Below are positions 18,901-28,331 of a stretch of 64,000 bases of DNA, one piece after another (within the stretch, counting starts at the first letter, position 1; every line of letters begins with the position of its first letter). The stretch lies in IMG/VR virus record IMGVR_UViG_3300032007_000010. The stretch is one strand, 5' to 3'. Source of the DNA: a virus. Lineage: Duplodnaviria; Caudoviricetes. The notes under the pieces are model-generated. The model saw only the letters and a program-made list of their open reading frames with translations, made no database searches and was not told the origin of the DNA. The position numbers were made by a program, and so were the translations under genes.

Positions 18901-20016
18901 GTAGAATATGAGCTCTCGGTGAGGTTCTGCCGGAACGAGCGAAATGATGCGATCCACGGACCCTTCGACGAGGTCGATATCTGTTCTGAGAAAGGCCTTG
19001 TCCGCGAGTCTTGTGTTGTCGCAGATGATGAAATCCGATTGTTCGGCGGTATTGATTGGATATTTCTCCCAGAGACGGTAGAAATAGCTGGCCATGGTGC
19101 TAAACTTCTGAAGGATCTCATCGTCCGTGTCGCTCGCCAGTATGTGATCATCCAGAACTGGCAATGACCTGAGATACTCGTTGTCGCTGTTGTACGGATC
19201 ATCGATGTCGAGAAATTCTGGATAGAGCAGCAGACGACAGATTTCCGGGTACAGGATCGTATGGTAGTTATCGTCAAAGACGCGAACCACGCAATTCTTA
19301 TCCACGCTGATATATGGATAGAATCTGGCATCGATGGGATAGCTCGGGGAATCGTCGACAAAGATGCGATGATAACAACGATTCGACTGCAGGTGATCAA
19401 GCAGCGCCGATTCACCGGCCTTCACGCTCTGCACCGTAACAAGGTTGGAACAGATGAAGAAATCGATGTCATGCTTGTAGGGAGCGCTGAAACGAAGTAT
19501 GGTATGCTCATCATCCATCCATTCGTGCTCCGGCACATGATATGCGTTTTCGCTGATGTAGTATGCGCAATATTCAATGTGATCGATTTCGGCATACATG
19601 ATTTCGGTGGTATCGATGCTCACCGTGTGAGTGTATTCCGCATCGTCGTCAACCACCTTGCTGTAGCGATGGATGATCCCTGGGTTTACGAAGGCATGCA
19701 CGGGTTTTGTGTCATCCACCTTGTGGTCGAGCACGGCGTGCAGCTGATTGGCTGTCTTGATCCATTCGAGGCTCTCCGGGTTCAGATAGGTACCTTCGTA
19801 CCAAAGCTCGGTCACTCCTTCGTAGGACAGGGGCATGCTCACATGCGGGTGAAAATAGCCGACACGATCGATGTCATCATAGTTCACATCGAGATCAACA
19901 TATCGATCGAAGCTGGAAGAGCGCACCTCTCTGATGCGATATTCCTCCGTGGAGAGCAAACCCATCCATGCGAGTGTATCATAGAGTTCAGATTTTCTTA
20001 CTTCCGTGGATATCAA
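15937..20016 (-). CDS. Large acidic putative virion structural protein
   Basis: 1359 aa; LLFVNGRYI motif; TTG start after AAAGGAGG; in structural block. Confidence 0.6.
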   Translation of the reverse strand: MISTEVRKSELYDTLAWMGLLSTEEYRIREVRSSSFDRYVDLDVNYDDIDRVGYFHPHVSMPLSYEGVTELWYEGTYLNPESLEWIKTANQLHAVLDHKVDDTKPVHAFVNPGIIHRYSKVVDDDAEYTHTVSIDTTEIMYAEIDHIEYCAYYISENAYHVPEHEWMDDEHTILRFSAPYKHDIDFFICSNLVTVQSVKAGESALLDHLQSNRCYHRIFVDDSPSYPIDARFYPYISVDKNCVVRVFDDNYHTILYPEICRLLLYPEFLDIDDPYNSDNEYLRSLPVLDDHILASDTDDEILQKFSTMASYFYRLWEKYPINTAEQSDFIICDNTRLADKAFLRTDIDLVEGSVDRIISLVPAEPHRELIFYEGYVFSDYEIRSMYHNRSTDHYSENTTNGIDRYVIDPSYDISKLSIIKFNANEDTVIVNAGEYFDENNVLQLHRKLNRFYRNLMVLRTQILDQEDQDKVRIATEEPDIKDGYLWFELLINAVPEMFATKAVDTINLFGLDPDTVPEEIKEGAYLIDLDPSAGPKSYNKLVMTYFKLTDYYKDQLVLQYGDGIDDPRVKVMNKIKVGDLPTEDEMNQVLIELDSPNPARDETSITHGYVDAPPPKVPNYEDGDLYVQSPYPEYPEDVNQTFERIEEGFITPTEEREKTLWLELPQGDRLPYKDSLDSTNDGTRVLVTNDTAGKTSETGNYAFDAINDDIPESEEGEYDIHTEFKTGDDASATSTDELDDLLGVDDLGDDDGVDPSGDLLDQVQNAVSKNITINSIMDPTIGQVALDNISFVDETTGEQLSMDDVAKLSTDVKLSIVGNYLINNDDDEPVAKDVGDLWLHYASSDDPSVLNDVVYRILLARHILNIGDPTEGMLAMEIESLLADEEDQIVLGPDSSHLRNNQIILHTDFDEEGVPIPDYAKITEMAVKYIMNIHEPDAADLEVGTLWLAIPASIKENIIKDVVTAYAYEIGHKMPDGYYLETETETYASTGLDYVPHDKGTEGLGEIFRERLDPTLYPVHYGGEQPDIGAGDKDILWYEFLDDIDNRVAYSDPNTMIIRVDERLVMVRFDCPDIQAFMFDDIMINFKGKLGVKYLSIIADLLDSGEIKLDDVNLFYKRLVTHGDDFDPALKRLYTGTSHVVATADIDTTDCAVHFSTNVGRFRLYYSEDTTSTEEREAAYEHIIDFHERDFVFLNRRMLLFVNGRYIPTNEYEELADGRLRLLNFDEIISTVDILYSKRDEALMTLKKKALVYHQIDIATRKISRPSRYNTMEPIKVIDRTKRGYYDVLLEEYIYSGKLERILNYLEEHPDEAEEFRTDLVRKFHAISDIDLSGMPFDQSRIVISGNGDDPTYQIGANN

Positions 20017-20096
20017 GGAGATTCCTCCTTTCCGATTTCATGATAGTGAATGACGGGAAGGGAGCATTGTCCCCTCCCGTCATGTTGGCCACAGCA

Positions 20097-21143
20097 TCAG
20101 ACGAGCTGTTGGAAATACTTGTAGAGATCACTGCCGCGGGATTTCTCGAGCACAGGCTCCAGCGCCGAGCGGGTGATCAGCGGGCTCTCGAGGAGCACCA
20201 TGCAGATGGTGTACAGATGGTATCCGAAGTAGTCCAGGCTCATGGCCGTCGCAGAACCATAGGTACGGATCCATTTGTCGTAGATCAGATAGGTCGTGAG
20301 ACCCTTGAGTGGGCTGATGTGTTTCTTGAGTTCTTCGACGAAGAGCGAGATGTCATCAAAGGCATCCACATTGAACTGATTATCGAGCGTCTCCTGGATG
20401 ATGTTGGTGAGCTTGGGGAAGTTGCGCTTCTTGGTCGCATAGAAGCGCTTGGTGCCAATCTCGGTCCCGAACATCTGGATCGAAGCGAACTCCCAGCAGA
20501 GATACCGGATTTTCTCCGACGTGATCGGATCCACATGCACCATGCCGGTGATGATGCGCGAAAGCATCGATGCGTACATGCTGCACATGCCGTCGATGGA
20601 AGAGCTCGTTATCGCAGCGTTCATGCTGGTGATGCGCTGGGCTAGACAGGCCGCGAAGAGCACCGCCATGAGCGCGGAGTAGTTGCGAGCGCTGTCGACA
20701 TTGAACACGCCAAACTGATCCATCGTGACAAAGTCTGTGATGTTCACGAAGATCCTGTTTCCATCGGCCGTCGTCTGTACGATGTACGGAATAGAGGTCG
20801 GCAAACGGTAGGTCTCCGAATAGACCATCTGCACGAGACCGCGGCTGAGCATGTCACGCATGTTTTTCTTGCAGCTGAGATGGAATCGATTGGATTCGAA
20901 GAGTTCGTAGCTCAGGGTCTTGTCGAACATCGAAGGATCGACATGGATGAATCCCATGTCGGGCACAACCATGCGCGGAATCACATCGACGAGACGCAGC
21001 CCGCCGATCATCACATGATTGTTGGCGTAGCTGAAGATCTCAGATTCTCCGAGACGATAAAAAATCGAGCGTGCGCCCACGCTCTCGTCCAGGCCCTCGT
21101 CCGAGACCTGTGGCAGATAGATGTTGGCCATGTTTTCGATCAT
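20097..21143 (-). CDS. Hypothetical protein (possibly virion-associated)
   Basis: 348 aa from ATG after GAAGGGGG; strong codon bias; late motif upstream. Confidence 0.65.
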   Translation of the reverse strand: MIENMANIYLPQVSDEGLDESVGARSIFYRLGESEIFSYANNHVMIGGLRLVDVIPRMVVPDMGFIHVDPSMFDKTLSYELFESNRFHLSCKKNMRDMLSRGLVQMVYSETYRLPTSIPYIVQTTADGNRIFVNITDFVTMDQFGVFNVDSARNYSALMAVLFAACLAQRITSMNAAITSSSIDGMCSMYASMLSRIITGMVHVDPITSEKIRYLCWEFASIQMFGTEIGTKRFYATKKRNFPKLTNIIQETLDNQFNVDAFDDISLFVEELKKHISPLKGLTTYLIYDKWIRTYGSATAMSLDYFGYHLYTICMVLLESPLITRSALEPVLEKSRGSDLYKYFQQLV

Positions 21144-21170
21144 ATGAAAGATCCCCCTTCTTGTCGGTTG

Positions 21171-21209
21171 GACACATATATAAGGTATCAAGGTGTATAT
21201 AGTAATGTC
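21171..21209. promoter_or_regulatory. Divergent promoter pair GACACATATATA (+, 21171-21182) and GACATTACTATA (-, 21198-21209)
   Basis: Both fit ACA-N6-TA at a strand switch. Confidence 0.5.
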
Positions 21210-21260
21210 ACCTTGTTCCTTTTTAATATGCGAACAACAACGAAATAATTGGAGGTAGCT

Positions 21261-21722
21261 ATGGGAACCCATGGAGGATCATCCGGTGTAGGCTTTGTGG
21301 ACAACGCCATTACGGCAATCCAGACCGAGGAGAAAATGAAGAAGTTTCGGTCGAACAACGTCACATGCATGAACTGCGGGAATGCGGAATTCGAAGAACT
21401 CGTGCTCGAATCGGATGAGCATGAATTCATCTCGGAGCAGCCCATTCGCCGTTTGTACGATCTTCGTGTGATCTGCGCACACAACAAGATCGGATCACTC
21501 AAGCTGTCGTGTCCCAACGGCGTGAAGAGCGGTGACCATGGAAGATGTGATCGTTGCCGACATGTCAATCGTGTGATCGATGTTAAACGCAGTGAGAAAA
21601 CTCGAGGAGCACACAGCAGCATTACGATAAAGACTAAACTATATCACTGTGCCAATCTGGGAAGAGACGAGTACTGCCTCCCATATTTTCACTGCGATAA
21701 ATTTGATGCTTTTGGAGAATGA
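21261..21722 (+). CDS. Cys-rich putative zinc-binding protein
   Basis: CxxC pairs; GGAGG RBS. Confidence 0.6.
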   Translation: MGTHGGSSGVGFVDNAITAIQTEEKMKKFRSNNVTCMNCGNAEFEELVLESDEHEFISEQPIRRLYDLRVICAHNKIGSLKLSCPNGVKSGDHGRCDRCRHVNRVIDVKRSEKTRGAHSSITIKTKLYHCANLGRDEYCLPYFHCDKFDAFGE

Positions 21723-22819
21723 GCATGATCTATACCACATACTATGCCGCGGCGCGAAAGCTTCCGAAGGATATCGTGCCGGTGGCCATCAGCACAAAGG
21801 TTCCGGAGGAGTGGAAGGGTCCGGTGTATCGACCGCTTGCTCCATCCGGATCGATATTCTGGCAATATAAACGTCAAGGACAAGATGAGGAACTGTACAC
21901 CCAGCGCTTCAGAAGAGAGGTGCTGGGTGTCCTTGATCCACACCAGGTCGTGCGTGAACTCATGGAGCTCTCCGGTGGCAAGGATGTTGCGCTCTGTTGC
22001 TACGAGCGCACCGGTTCGTTCTGTCATCGAACCATCGTGGCGGATTGGCTCGGCGAGGCAGGATATGACGTGAGCGAGTGGAAGAAGAAGGGTTCGAAGG
22101 GGAAGAATGATGTGAGAGGGTATCGATACTACATCAACGCCGACGGTGAGAAGGTCATGCGAGTCAGCGACGTGATCAAGATGATCGGCAAGGAATCGCT
22201 CATGGTCTGGGCAAACATGCTCGGTCTCAAGGGTATCGATTATAAGGAAGAACTCGATCGCACCGCCAACATCGGTTCTCTTTGTCATTCGGTGGTTGAA
22301 AACTATTTCAATCCAAAGCGCATGGCCTTTGTGGATTACGAAGAATTCGGCATCGATGATCCCGATGATGTGCAAGAGGTCAACAATGCGCTGGACAACT
22401 TCTTCGACTGGTTCGAGGAATTCAGCAAACATCGAAGGTATCATGTCAAATTCACCGAGCAGGTTGTGGTGGGCAAGGAGCTAGGCGGAACCATCGATTG
22501 TGGAATCGATGGCTGGGAAGATCCTGACAAGGTGATCTTCGTGGACTACAAGACAGCCAAGGATTTCTTCCTCACCCAGTTTCTCCAGCTCGCCGCATAT
22601 GCGATGCTCTATGAAGAGGTCCACGGCCCTGACACGGTAGAGGGTGTCATGGTGATCCTCATGAGCAAGAAAAAGAACAAAAAGACCAGAGCACGTTTCA
22701 TCTCTCGCAAGGATCTGGACCCATTCATCGTCTGTTTCCAGTGTCTATTTGATGTGACGAGGGGAGTAAATATCCTCACCGCAAGTCTTCCGGAACTCAG
22801 TCAAATCTTTGAATACTAG
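21719..22819 (+). CDS. DUF488-like domain fused to a PD-(D/E)XK exonuclease
   Basis: N-term IYTTYY, LAPS, LCCYE...FCHR; C-term GGTIDC, DYKT, QLAAYA. Confidence 0.75.
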   Translation: MSMIYTTYYAAARKLPKDIVPVAISTKVPEEWKGPVYRPLAPSGSIFWQYKRQGQDEELYTQRFRREVLGVLDPHQVVRELMELSGGKDVALCCYERTGSFCHRTIVADWLGEAGYDVSEWKKKGSKGKNDVRGYRYYINADGEKVMRVSDVIKMIGKESLMVWANMLGLKGIDYKEELDRTANIGSLCHSVVENYFNPKRMAFVDYEEFGIDDPDDVQEVNNALDNFFDWFEEFSKHRRYHVKFTEQVVVGKELGGTIDCGIDGWEDPDKVIFVDYKTAKDFFLTQFLQLAAYAMLYEEVHGPDTVEGVMVILMSKKKNKKTRARFISRKDLDPFIVCFQCLFDVTRGVNILTASLPELSQIFEY

Positions 22820-22830
22820 GAGAGTGTAAC

Positions 22831-23502
22831 ATGGACTTTATGGCAGCGGATAGTAGTCGGTTCAGCGATGAGGATATTCAGCAGATGATTGGCATTACTG
22901 AGCCATACTCATCTCATGGATCCGCAGAAGCAACCTCCGGATACATCCAGGAAACCGGACCGGTATTCGATTTCAACAAACCGAAACCCTGCGAAGAATA
23001 TGGGAGTCCGGTGGTGCTGCTCCGGCACTATCGGTTTCCATTGGTAGCCTCGGATGATCAGGAATCATTCGAGAGATACTTCAACATGCTGAGGATTCTG
23101 CCGACCTATGTCTCCTACTTCGGGGGAACATATCGGATCGATCGCGCGTTCAAGATCCATGACAGCTTCAGCTTTTCGTCGATGGATACCGTAACCCAGG
23201 AGATCACGGCGCTCCTAGGCAATGATAATCTCGATAGAACAGCTCGCGGAGTCATCACCGGAGTCATATTCATCTACAAGAACGAGGATCGTTGCCGTGA
23301 GCTTGGATACGACGAACTGCGCTACATGCGTGCGGTGTATTCCATCTGCGATGTTTTTGTGAGCAACCATCCTCGTGTGGGACTATCGAGAACCAGCATA
23401 TTCAGCGCCGGCATCAATATCAATCATCTGACAGACGAAGAGATCAGAGAAAAGCTCGAAAAATACAATAATACCAAACTGCCGTTGGAGGGAATCATAT
23501 GA
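22831..23502 (+). CDS. Hypothetical protein
   Basis: ORF with AGGAG RBS in operon. Confidence 0.6.
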   Translation: MDFMAADSSRFSDEDIQQMIGITEPYSSHGSAEATSGYIQETGPVFDFNKPKPCEEYGSPVVLLRHYRFPLVASDDQESFERYFNMLRILPTYVSYFGGTYRIDRAFKIHDSFSFSSMDTVTQEITALLGNDNLDRTARGVITGVIFIYKNEDRCRELGYDELRYMRAVYSICDVFVSNHPRVGLSRTSIFSAGININHLTDEEIREKLEKYNNTKLPLEGII

Positions 23503-24134
23503 GCATCATCGGAAAGCTGACCGTTGGAGATACCGCAATCAGCCGAAACGGTAATCATGTCACCGTTCTCGTGCAAAATGTTCCCGTGAAAGAAGTGTTC
23601 CGTTCTGGTGAGCCGGAGGTGATCAAACCGAACGTCTCCGACTTCATTCTCTATTTTGTCGGACCGGATCCCAATTCGCGCCCCGTGCCTGACACGGCGG
23701 TTGTCACCGTCGAGCGTGTCATGGAATACTCGATTTCGGAGGACAATCTCTACATCGACACGCTGAAGTTTGTGTATCTCGACACGATCTCCAGCCTCGA
23801 CAACATCATCACAATCAATCCGGTCATCAAGGATGTGATCTGCTATGGCACCGCCATGATCATGATCTACGCGGTGCCCGAGAATGCGCAGGATTTCTTC
23901 TTCAACTACATCAGCACGCGCCGCTCGACAATCTCGTACTGCGGAGAAACCTACCATTTCCATACCATGTCATTCATCGGCGCAACGAACTACGATCTCA
24001 CACCGGCCGGCATTCCGGATGCCGGATGTCTCAAATTTGCGCAGGCCGTGGCCTACTCCACCACCGTACCGGCGGTAGCGACGGACCAGGAGGCTATCAA
24101 ACAAATTTGTCTCGCAAGGCTCTCAAAGCTGTAA
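23499..24134 (+). CDS. Hypothetical protein
   Basis: ATGA overlap with upstream gene. Confidence 0.6.
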   Translation: MSIIGKLTVGDTAISRNGNHVTVLVQNVPVKEVFRSGEPEVIKPNVSDFILYFVGPDPNSRPVPDTAVVTVERVMEYSISEDNLYIDTLKFVYLDTISSLDNIITINPVIKDVICYGTAMIMIYAVPENAQDFFFNYISTRRSTISYCGETYHFHTMSFIGATNYDLTPAGIPDAGCLKFAQAVAYSTTVPAVATDQEAIKQICLARLSKL

Positions 24135-24157
24135 TCATAGAAAGGGGGAAGGTAAAT

Positions 24158-24373
24158 ATGAACGCGAGAGATTTACTGAGCTGGCTCCAGGGACTGACCG
24201 AGGAAGAACTGGAACTGAATGTCTTCGCCGGCAAGCCCGATGAAGATGGTAATTACGATTCCGTGGAAAAACTCGCCATCGTCGGGACCACGGATGGCGG
24301 CAAGGCCATCTTCATGGAACCGCTCTCCGAGGACAAAGAGGCAGACACAGAACCCAACACCGACAACAACTAA
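24158..24373 (+). CDS. Small acidic hypothetical protein
   Basis: AGAAAGGGGG RBS; 71 aa. Confidence 0.55.
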   Translation: MNARDLLSWLQGLTEEELELNVFAGKPDEDGNYDSVEKLAIVGTTDGGKAIFMEPLSEDKEADTEPNTDNN

Positions 24374-24395
24374 AAAAAAATGGAGGACAATAGCA

Positions 24396-24953
24396 ATGGA
24401 AGAGCTCGTATACATGAATGATCAGGACAAGGAAGGCGCTCCGACCATCTCCGCACCCTGGATTGCCTATGCGCACAAGGTCATCGCCGCCTTCGGTGAC
24501 GATCCCGAGATCGCCGTTGACATTGGTGACGCCGATGTCTCCGAGGGTTTCCTGACCATCGAAATCATCTGCATGAACTATGTCAAGTACAAGGCTCTGC
24601 AGGAGATCGTGAATGCCCCCGACGAGATCTCCGGTGTTCGCATCGATATGCGCTTCACCTACACCGGCACGGACCGCGACAAGAGAACATCCCTGTACGA
24701 GGCCGCCCTTCGCGGCAATCCCTATTTCAACTCGGTGATCCAGCTCAGCGATCCCCGCGACGAGAACGTCAAGTACACCTTCGCACTGTTCAACAACGAG
24801 GTCGTCCAGTATTTCGACGACGACATCAGTGACTACTACGGCTGCAACAACATGGTCCCTGAGGACCTGTTCCGTGAGATTCTGAAGGACGATCCCGAGA
24901 TCCGGCTGTGCCAGGTCCACAAGGATACGGACGATGAGCAGGTCGATGGCTGA
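24396..24953 (+). CDS. Hypothetical phage protein
   Basis: GGAGG RBS; strong codon bias. Confidence 0.65.
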   Translation: MEELVYMNDQDKEGAPTISAPWIAYAHKVIAAFGDDPEIAVDIGDADVSEGFLTIEIICMNYVKYKALQEIVNAPDEISGVRIDMRFTYTGTDRDKRTSLYEAALRGNPYFNSVIQLSDPRDENVKYTFALFNNEVVQYFDDDISDYYGCNNMVPEDLFREILKDDPEIRLCQVHKDTDDEQVDG

Positions 24954-25005
24954 TGATTCAGCCATCGTATCCGCACGATGTTGCTAGGGGAGGAGGTAAT
25001 CCGAG

Positions 25006-25569
25006 ATGATACCGACCAGTTTCAAGGTAAAATGCAATGCCCTGCGAAGATGCAAGAAATGTGGGAGTATGCCCGTTGTCAGGCTAACCGCCGTCGAGAA
25101 GTATACACTCGCCATGGACGGCGATGAGCTAACGGTCATCGATCAAAACGATTCCTACCTCCCCAATAGCAAAATAGAGATCAGATGCCCAACCGAGAAT
25201 TGCGGCTCCAGCAGCATTTTTAACTACACATGGGGATCGCTCGATGCCGCATCGGAGGACTGGAATAATAGGAACGGCATACCGGAAAGGAAAACCGTGA
25301 CCCTGCTTGAGGAGATGCAGCGCCTGGACAGCATACGAGGCTACGGACAACCGAGGTTCATATTGAACATCATCATGGATCGCGATAACAGTGCCACGGT
25401 TTCTGGGACTCTCACGGAGATGCGCGATATTCTCAAGGTATTCACCAAGGACATACTATCGGTGCATCACTGGAACACCAAAACGGATGATGACAAATCC
25501 CATCTCGTCGCATGCCCCTATGCAAACATAGACGTATATTGGTTCCCGGGTGTTCCCGAAATCGATTAG
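25006..25569 (+). CDS. Lar (restriction alleviation)-like zinc-ribbon protein with C-terminal extension
   Basis: LRRCKKCG...C...CG...A.EDWNNR pattern. Confidence 0.45.
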   Translation: MIPTSFKVKCNALRRCKKCGSMPVVRLTAVEKYTLAMDGDELTVIDQNDSYLPNSKIEIRCPTENCGSSSIFNYTWGSLDAASEDWNNRNGIPERKTVTLLEEMQRLDSIRGYGQPRFILNIIMDRDNSATVSGTLTEMRDILKVFTKDILSVHHWNTKTDDDKSHLVACPYANIDVYWFPGVPEID

Positions 25570-25585
25570 GAAAGGAAATTTGAAA

Positions 25586-26644
25586 ATGAGCTACGCAGAT
25601 CATCTCTTTGTACAGAATTGTACAAAGATCATCAACGAGGGCTACTCGGACGAGCTGTTCGACGTTAGACCCAAGTGGGCGGACGGGACCCCTGCCCACA
25701 CCAAGAAGCTGCTCTACGTGAAGGACAGCTACGATCTTCGGAAGGATCCCATCCCGACGATCACCCTTAGGCAGCAGTTCTTCAGAGGCGCCGTGGACGA
25801 GATCCTGTGGATCTACCAGCGCCAGACCAGCAAGCTGTCCGAGCTGAATTCCAAGGTCTGGGATTCCTGGGACGTTGGCGACGGTACCATTGGCAAGGCC
25901 TACGGATACCAGATCGGCGAGCTGTCCAAGCATCACAAGTACAAATCCACTGACAGGATGGAACTCGACTCCGGGTTCTACGGCAACTTCAAGGTGGATC
26001 CGGTGGACGGCTATGTTTATCTGAACCAGATCGGCGCGGTGCTCTGGGATCTCAAGCACGATCCTGGTTCCCGTCGCATCATGACCAACACCTATAACCA
26101 TGCGGACCTCTGCGAGATGGGCCTGTCTCCCTGCGCCTACTCCGTCATGTTCAACGTCACGAAGGATGCCGACGGTACATATCTGAATGCCATCCTGTTC
26201 CAGCGCTCCCAGGACATGCTCACCGCCAACGGCTGGAACGTGATGCAGTATGCGGCTCTGGTCCAGATGATCGCCCAGGTCGTCGGCATGAAGCCTGGCC
26301 GCTTCGATCACATGGTGGCGGATATGCACATCTACGATCGTCACATCCCCGTGGTGCAAGAACTCATTGACACCTACTGGGATAGGGCATCACTCGATGC
26401 CACCAGCTATGAAGAGCGTGTTACGGCCGGAGATGTTAACGCTAAGATCCGTCGGGTTCCAATCAGTACCTTAACAGGAGACTACGAACTTCCTTACAGC
26501 AATCCGGAGTTCTGGATCAATCCGGACGTGAAGTCCTTCTTCGACTTCAAGCCGGAAGATCTGAAGCTCATCAACTACGTGGCCTGCAAGTTCGACCACA
26601 GGATCGGCAACGGGCCCGGATGCGACATCGAAGTGGCGGTGTAA
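25586..26644 (+). CDS. thyA: Thymidylate synthase
   Basis: EILW, GKAYG.Q, SRR, PC, QRSQD...N, HIYDRH motifs. Confidence 0.95.
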   Translation: MSYADHLFVQNCTKIINEGYSDELFDVRPKWADGTPAHTKKLLYVKDSYDLRKDPIPTITLRQQFFRGAVDEILWIYQRQTSKLSELNSKVWDSWDVGDGTIGKAYGYQIGELSKHHKYKSTDRMELDSGFYGNFKVDPVDGYVYLNQIGAVLWDLKHDPGSRRIMTNTYNHADLCEMGLSPCAYSVMFNVTKDADGTYLNAILFQRSQDMLTANGWNVMQYAALVQMIAQVVGMKPGRFDHMVADMHIYDRHIPVVQELIDTYWDRASLDATSYEERVTAGDVNAKIRRVPISTLTGDYELPYSNPEFWINPDVKSFFDFKPEDLKLINYVACKFDHRIGNGPGCDIEVAV

Positions 26645-26655
26645 TCAAACGAAAT

Positions 26656-27210
26656 ATGAGTATCGAGTATAGACTTCTCAACGATGCATACGGTCAGGAC
26701 GCCAACGCAGTGAAACAGGTTGCCGGGATCATGTACGACTGGTGGGCCGAAGAATGCGGAATGACCATGAACGATACGATATTTCTGTGTACGAGAGATG
26801 TCGGATTCTACCCCACCGCGCTTTCATCCAGTCTCCCTCGCACGTGGGTGGCGCTGGATGGTGAGAACGTGGTGGGTTGCATCAAATTGGTAACCAACGA
26901 CACCACCTTTCGTCAGGACCTATATCCGGTGCTCTCCTCGTTGTATGTGACCGAGGGCCATCGCAAACTCGGTATTGCATCAAATCTAATTGGAGCTCTG
27001 CTCAACTATGCTTTCCGCTCCTGTAACATCGATGCGGTGCATCTTTGTACTGGACTGGTTAGGTTCTACGAGCGGTTCGGCTTTCAATTCATGTGTGAGG
27101 ACTACGCCTTCTTCGAGACCTCCCACGGAATTTACAAAGACCGCAAGAAGGATCGCATTTACCGTATTACCCGAGACAGATGGGAAGAGCTGCAACGAGA
27201 GAATTGTTAG
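26656..27210 (+). CDS. GNAT-family acetyltransferase
   Basis: LSSLYV...HRKLGIA acetyl-CoA motif; FYERFGF. Confidence 0.85.
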   Translation: MSIEYRLLNDAYGQDANAVKQVAGIMYDWWAEECGMTMNDTIFLCTRDVGFYPTALSSSLPRTWVALDGENVVGCIKLVTNDTTFRQDLYPVLSSLYVTEGHRKLGIASNLIGALLNYAFRSCNIDAVHLCTGLVRFYERFGFQFMCEDYAFFETSHGIYKDRKKDRIYRITRDRWEELQRENC

Positions 27211-27251
27211 CTTCGATCGATTAAACCATATGTCAAACGGAGACAAATGAT

Positions 27252-27671
27252 ATGACAAACAACGGCTCATTGATTACGGTTCCCAGGCTCATAAAGGCCT
27301 GGGAACCTAACATTAACAACGGGATCCTATACTATAAGCTGGAAGCGGCCATCATGCGGTATTTGTATGCCCATAGCACCCTCGGCGTCTTCGTCCAGCT
27401 TGGCGAAGATCTGAACACTGCACCCCTTATAGAGAAGATGTGTATCAGACCAGAGAAGATTGTCGGTTATATCACTGATATCGGCGACGATTACGTTTGT
27501 CTCGATGTTGCCAATGATATGATTGATCTGGTACGGAAAAATATCGAGACCTGTCGCGTTGGGTTCATGTATGCAACCACCGATACCAATGATCCAATGA
27601 GTGACATTCGGATACTGAAGCCAATTCTCTATTTGAATCCGATTGCAGGTAAGAGGCAAGACGTATCATGA
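27252..27671 (+). CDS. Hypothetical protein
   Basis: ORF in operon. Confidence 0.5.
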   Translation: MTNNGSLITVPRLIKAWEPNINNGILYYKLEAAIMRYLYAHSTLGVFVQLGEDLNTAPLIEKMCIRPEKIVGYITDIGDDYVCLDVANDMIDLVRKNIETCRVGFMYATTDTNDPMSDIRILKPILYLNPIAGKRQDVS

Positions 27672-27931
27672 TTTACTACGTACTTGCATGTGCTCTCATA
27701 CTGGGGTTTCTGGTATTACCTATTCTCAATGCTGTCTTCATGCAGATAACACAACGGATGCACCAGGAGGAATACTCATATACGGGCACAACGTTCATGC
27801 CGGATGATGACCGGACATGGGATATGCTTAACCGCATGGCCGAGTACGAAGATTTATCCGCGGATGAACCGCCCGTCGTTGATGTACCCAATCTGGCAGA
27901 GGAAACGGAGGTTGCTACCGGTGAGCGATGA
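27668..27931 (+). CDS. Small membrane-anchored protein
   Basis: N-terminal TM helix, acidic tail. Confidence 0.5.
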   Translation: MIYYVLACALILGFLVLPILNAVFMQITQRMHQEEYSYTGTTFMPDDDRTWDMLNRMAEYEDLSADEPPVVDVPNLAEETEVATGER

Positions 27932-28316
27932 GTTGAATTACAGGTTTGGACCGAAGGTCGATAGCGTGGACGTGATGGGTGTTACCTATAGAATCCATGT
28001 GCGCAAGGTGAACGATGATAGTTACCTCAAAAAATTCGGCGTGGATGCCTACTGTTGCAGCAATGGTAAATTCATCGTTCTGTCGGATCACCGGGTCAAA
28101 GAGGATTATCCTCGGGATATCCCGGAGAAGTATGATGGTATCTGGAAACACGCCCTACGCCATGAGCTGGTGCACGCGTTTCTAAACGAGTGTGGTCTGG
28201 ACAGCCAGGCCAAGGAACACTATGGACCGTGGTCAAAGTGTGAAGAAATGGTCGACTGGTGGGCGATAGTTGGCCCACGGGTTGCAAAGGCCTGGAAAGA
28301 CTGCGGTTGTATATGA
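27921..28316 (+). CDS. Zincin-like (HEXXH) phage protein
   Basis: LRHELVHAFL.E.GL...EE.VDW; GTG start after GGAGG. Confidence 0.7.
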   Translation: MSDELNYRFGPKVDSVDVMGVTYRIHVRKVNDDSYLKKFGVDAYCCSNGKFIVLSDHRVKEDYPRDIPEKYDGIWKHALRHELVHAFLNECGLDSQAKEHYGPWSKCEEMVDWWAIVGPRVAKAWKDCGCI

Positions 28317-28331
28317 GGAGAAACAGGATCC

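Noticed and set aside
25586-26644. dUMP hydroxymethylase or uracil-DNA genome
   Set aside because: Sequence resembles canonical Bacillota-type ThyA and is accompanied by DHFR; two short insertions noted but catalytic motifs are normal
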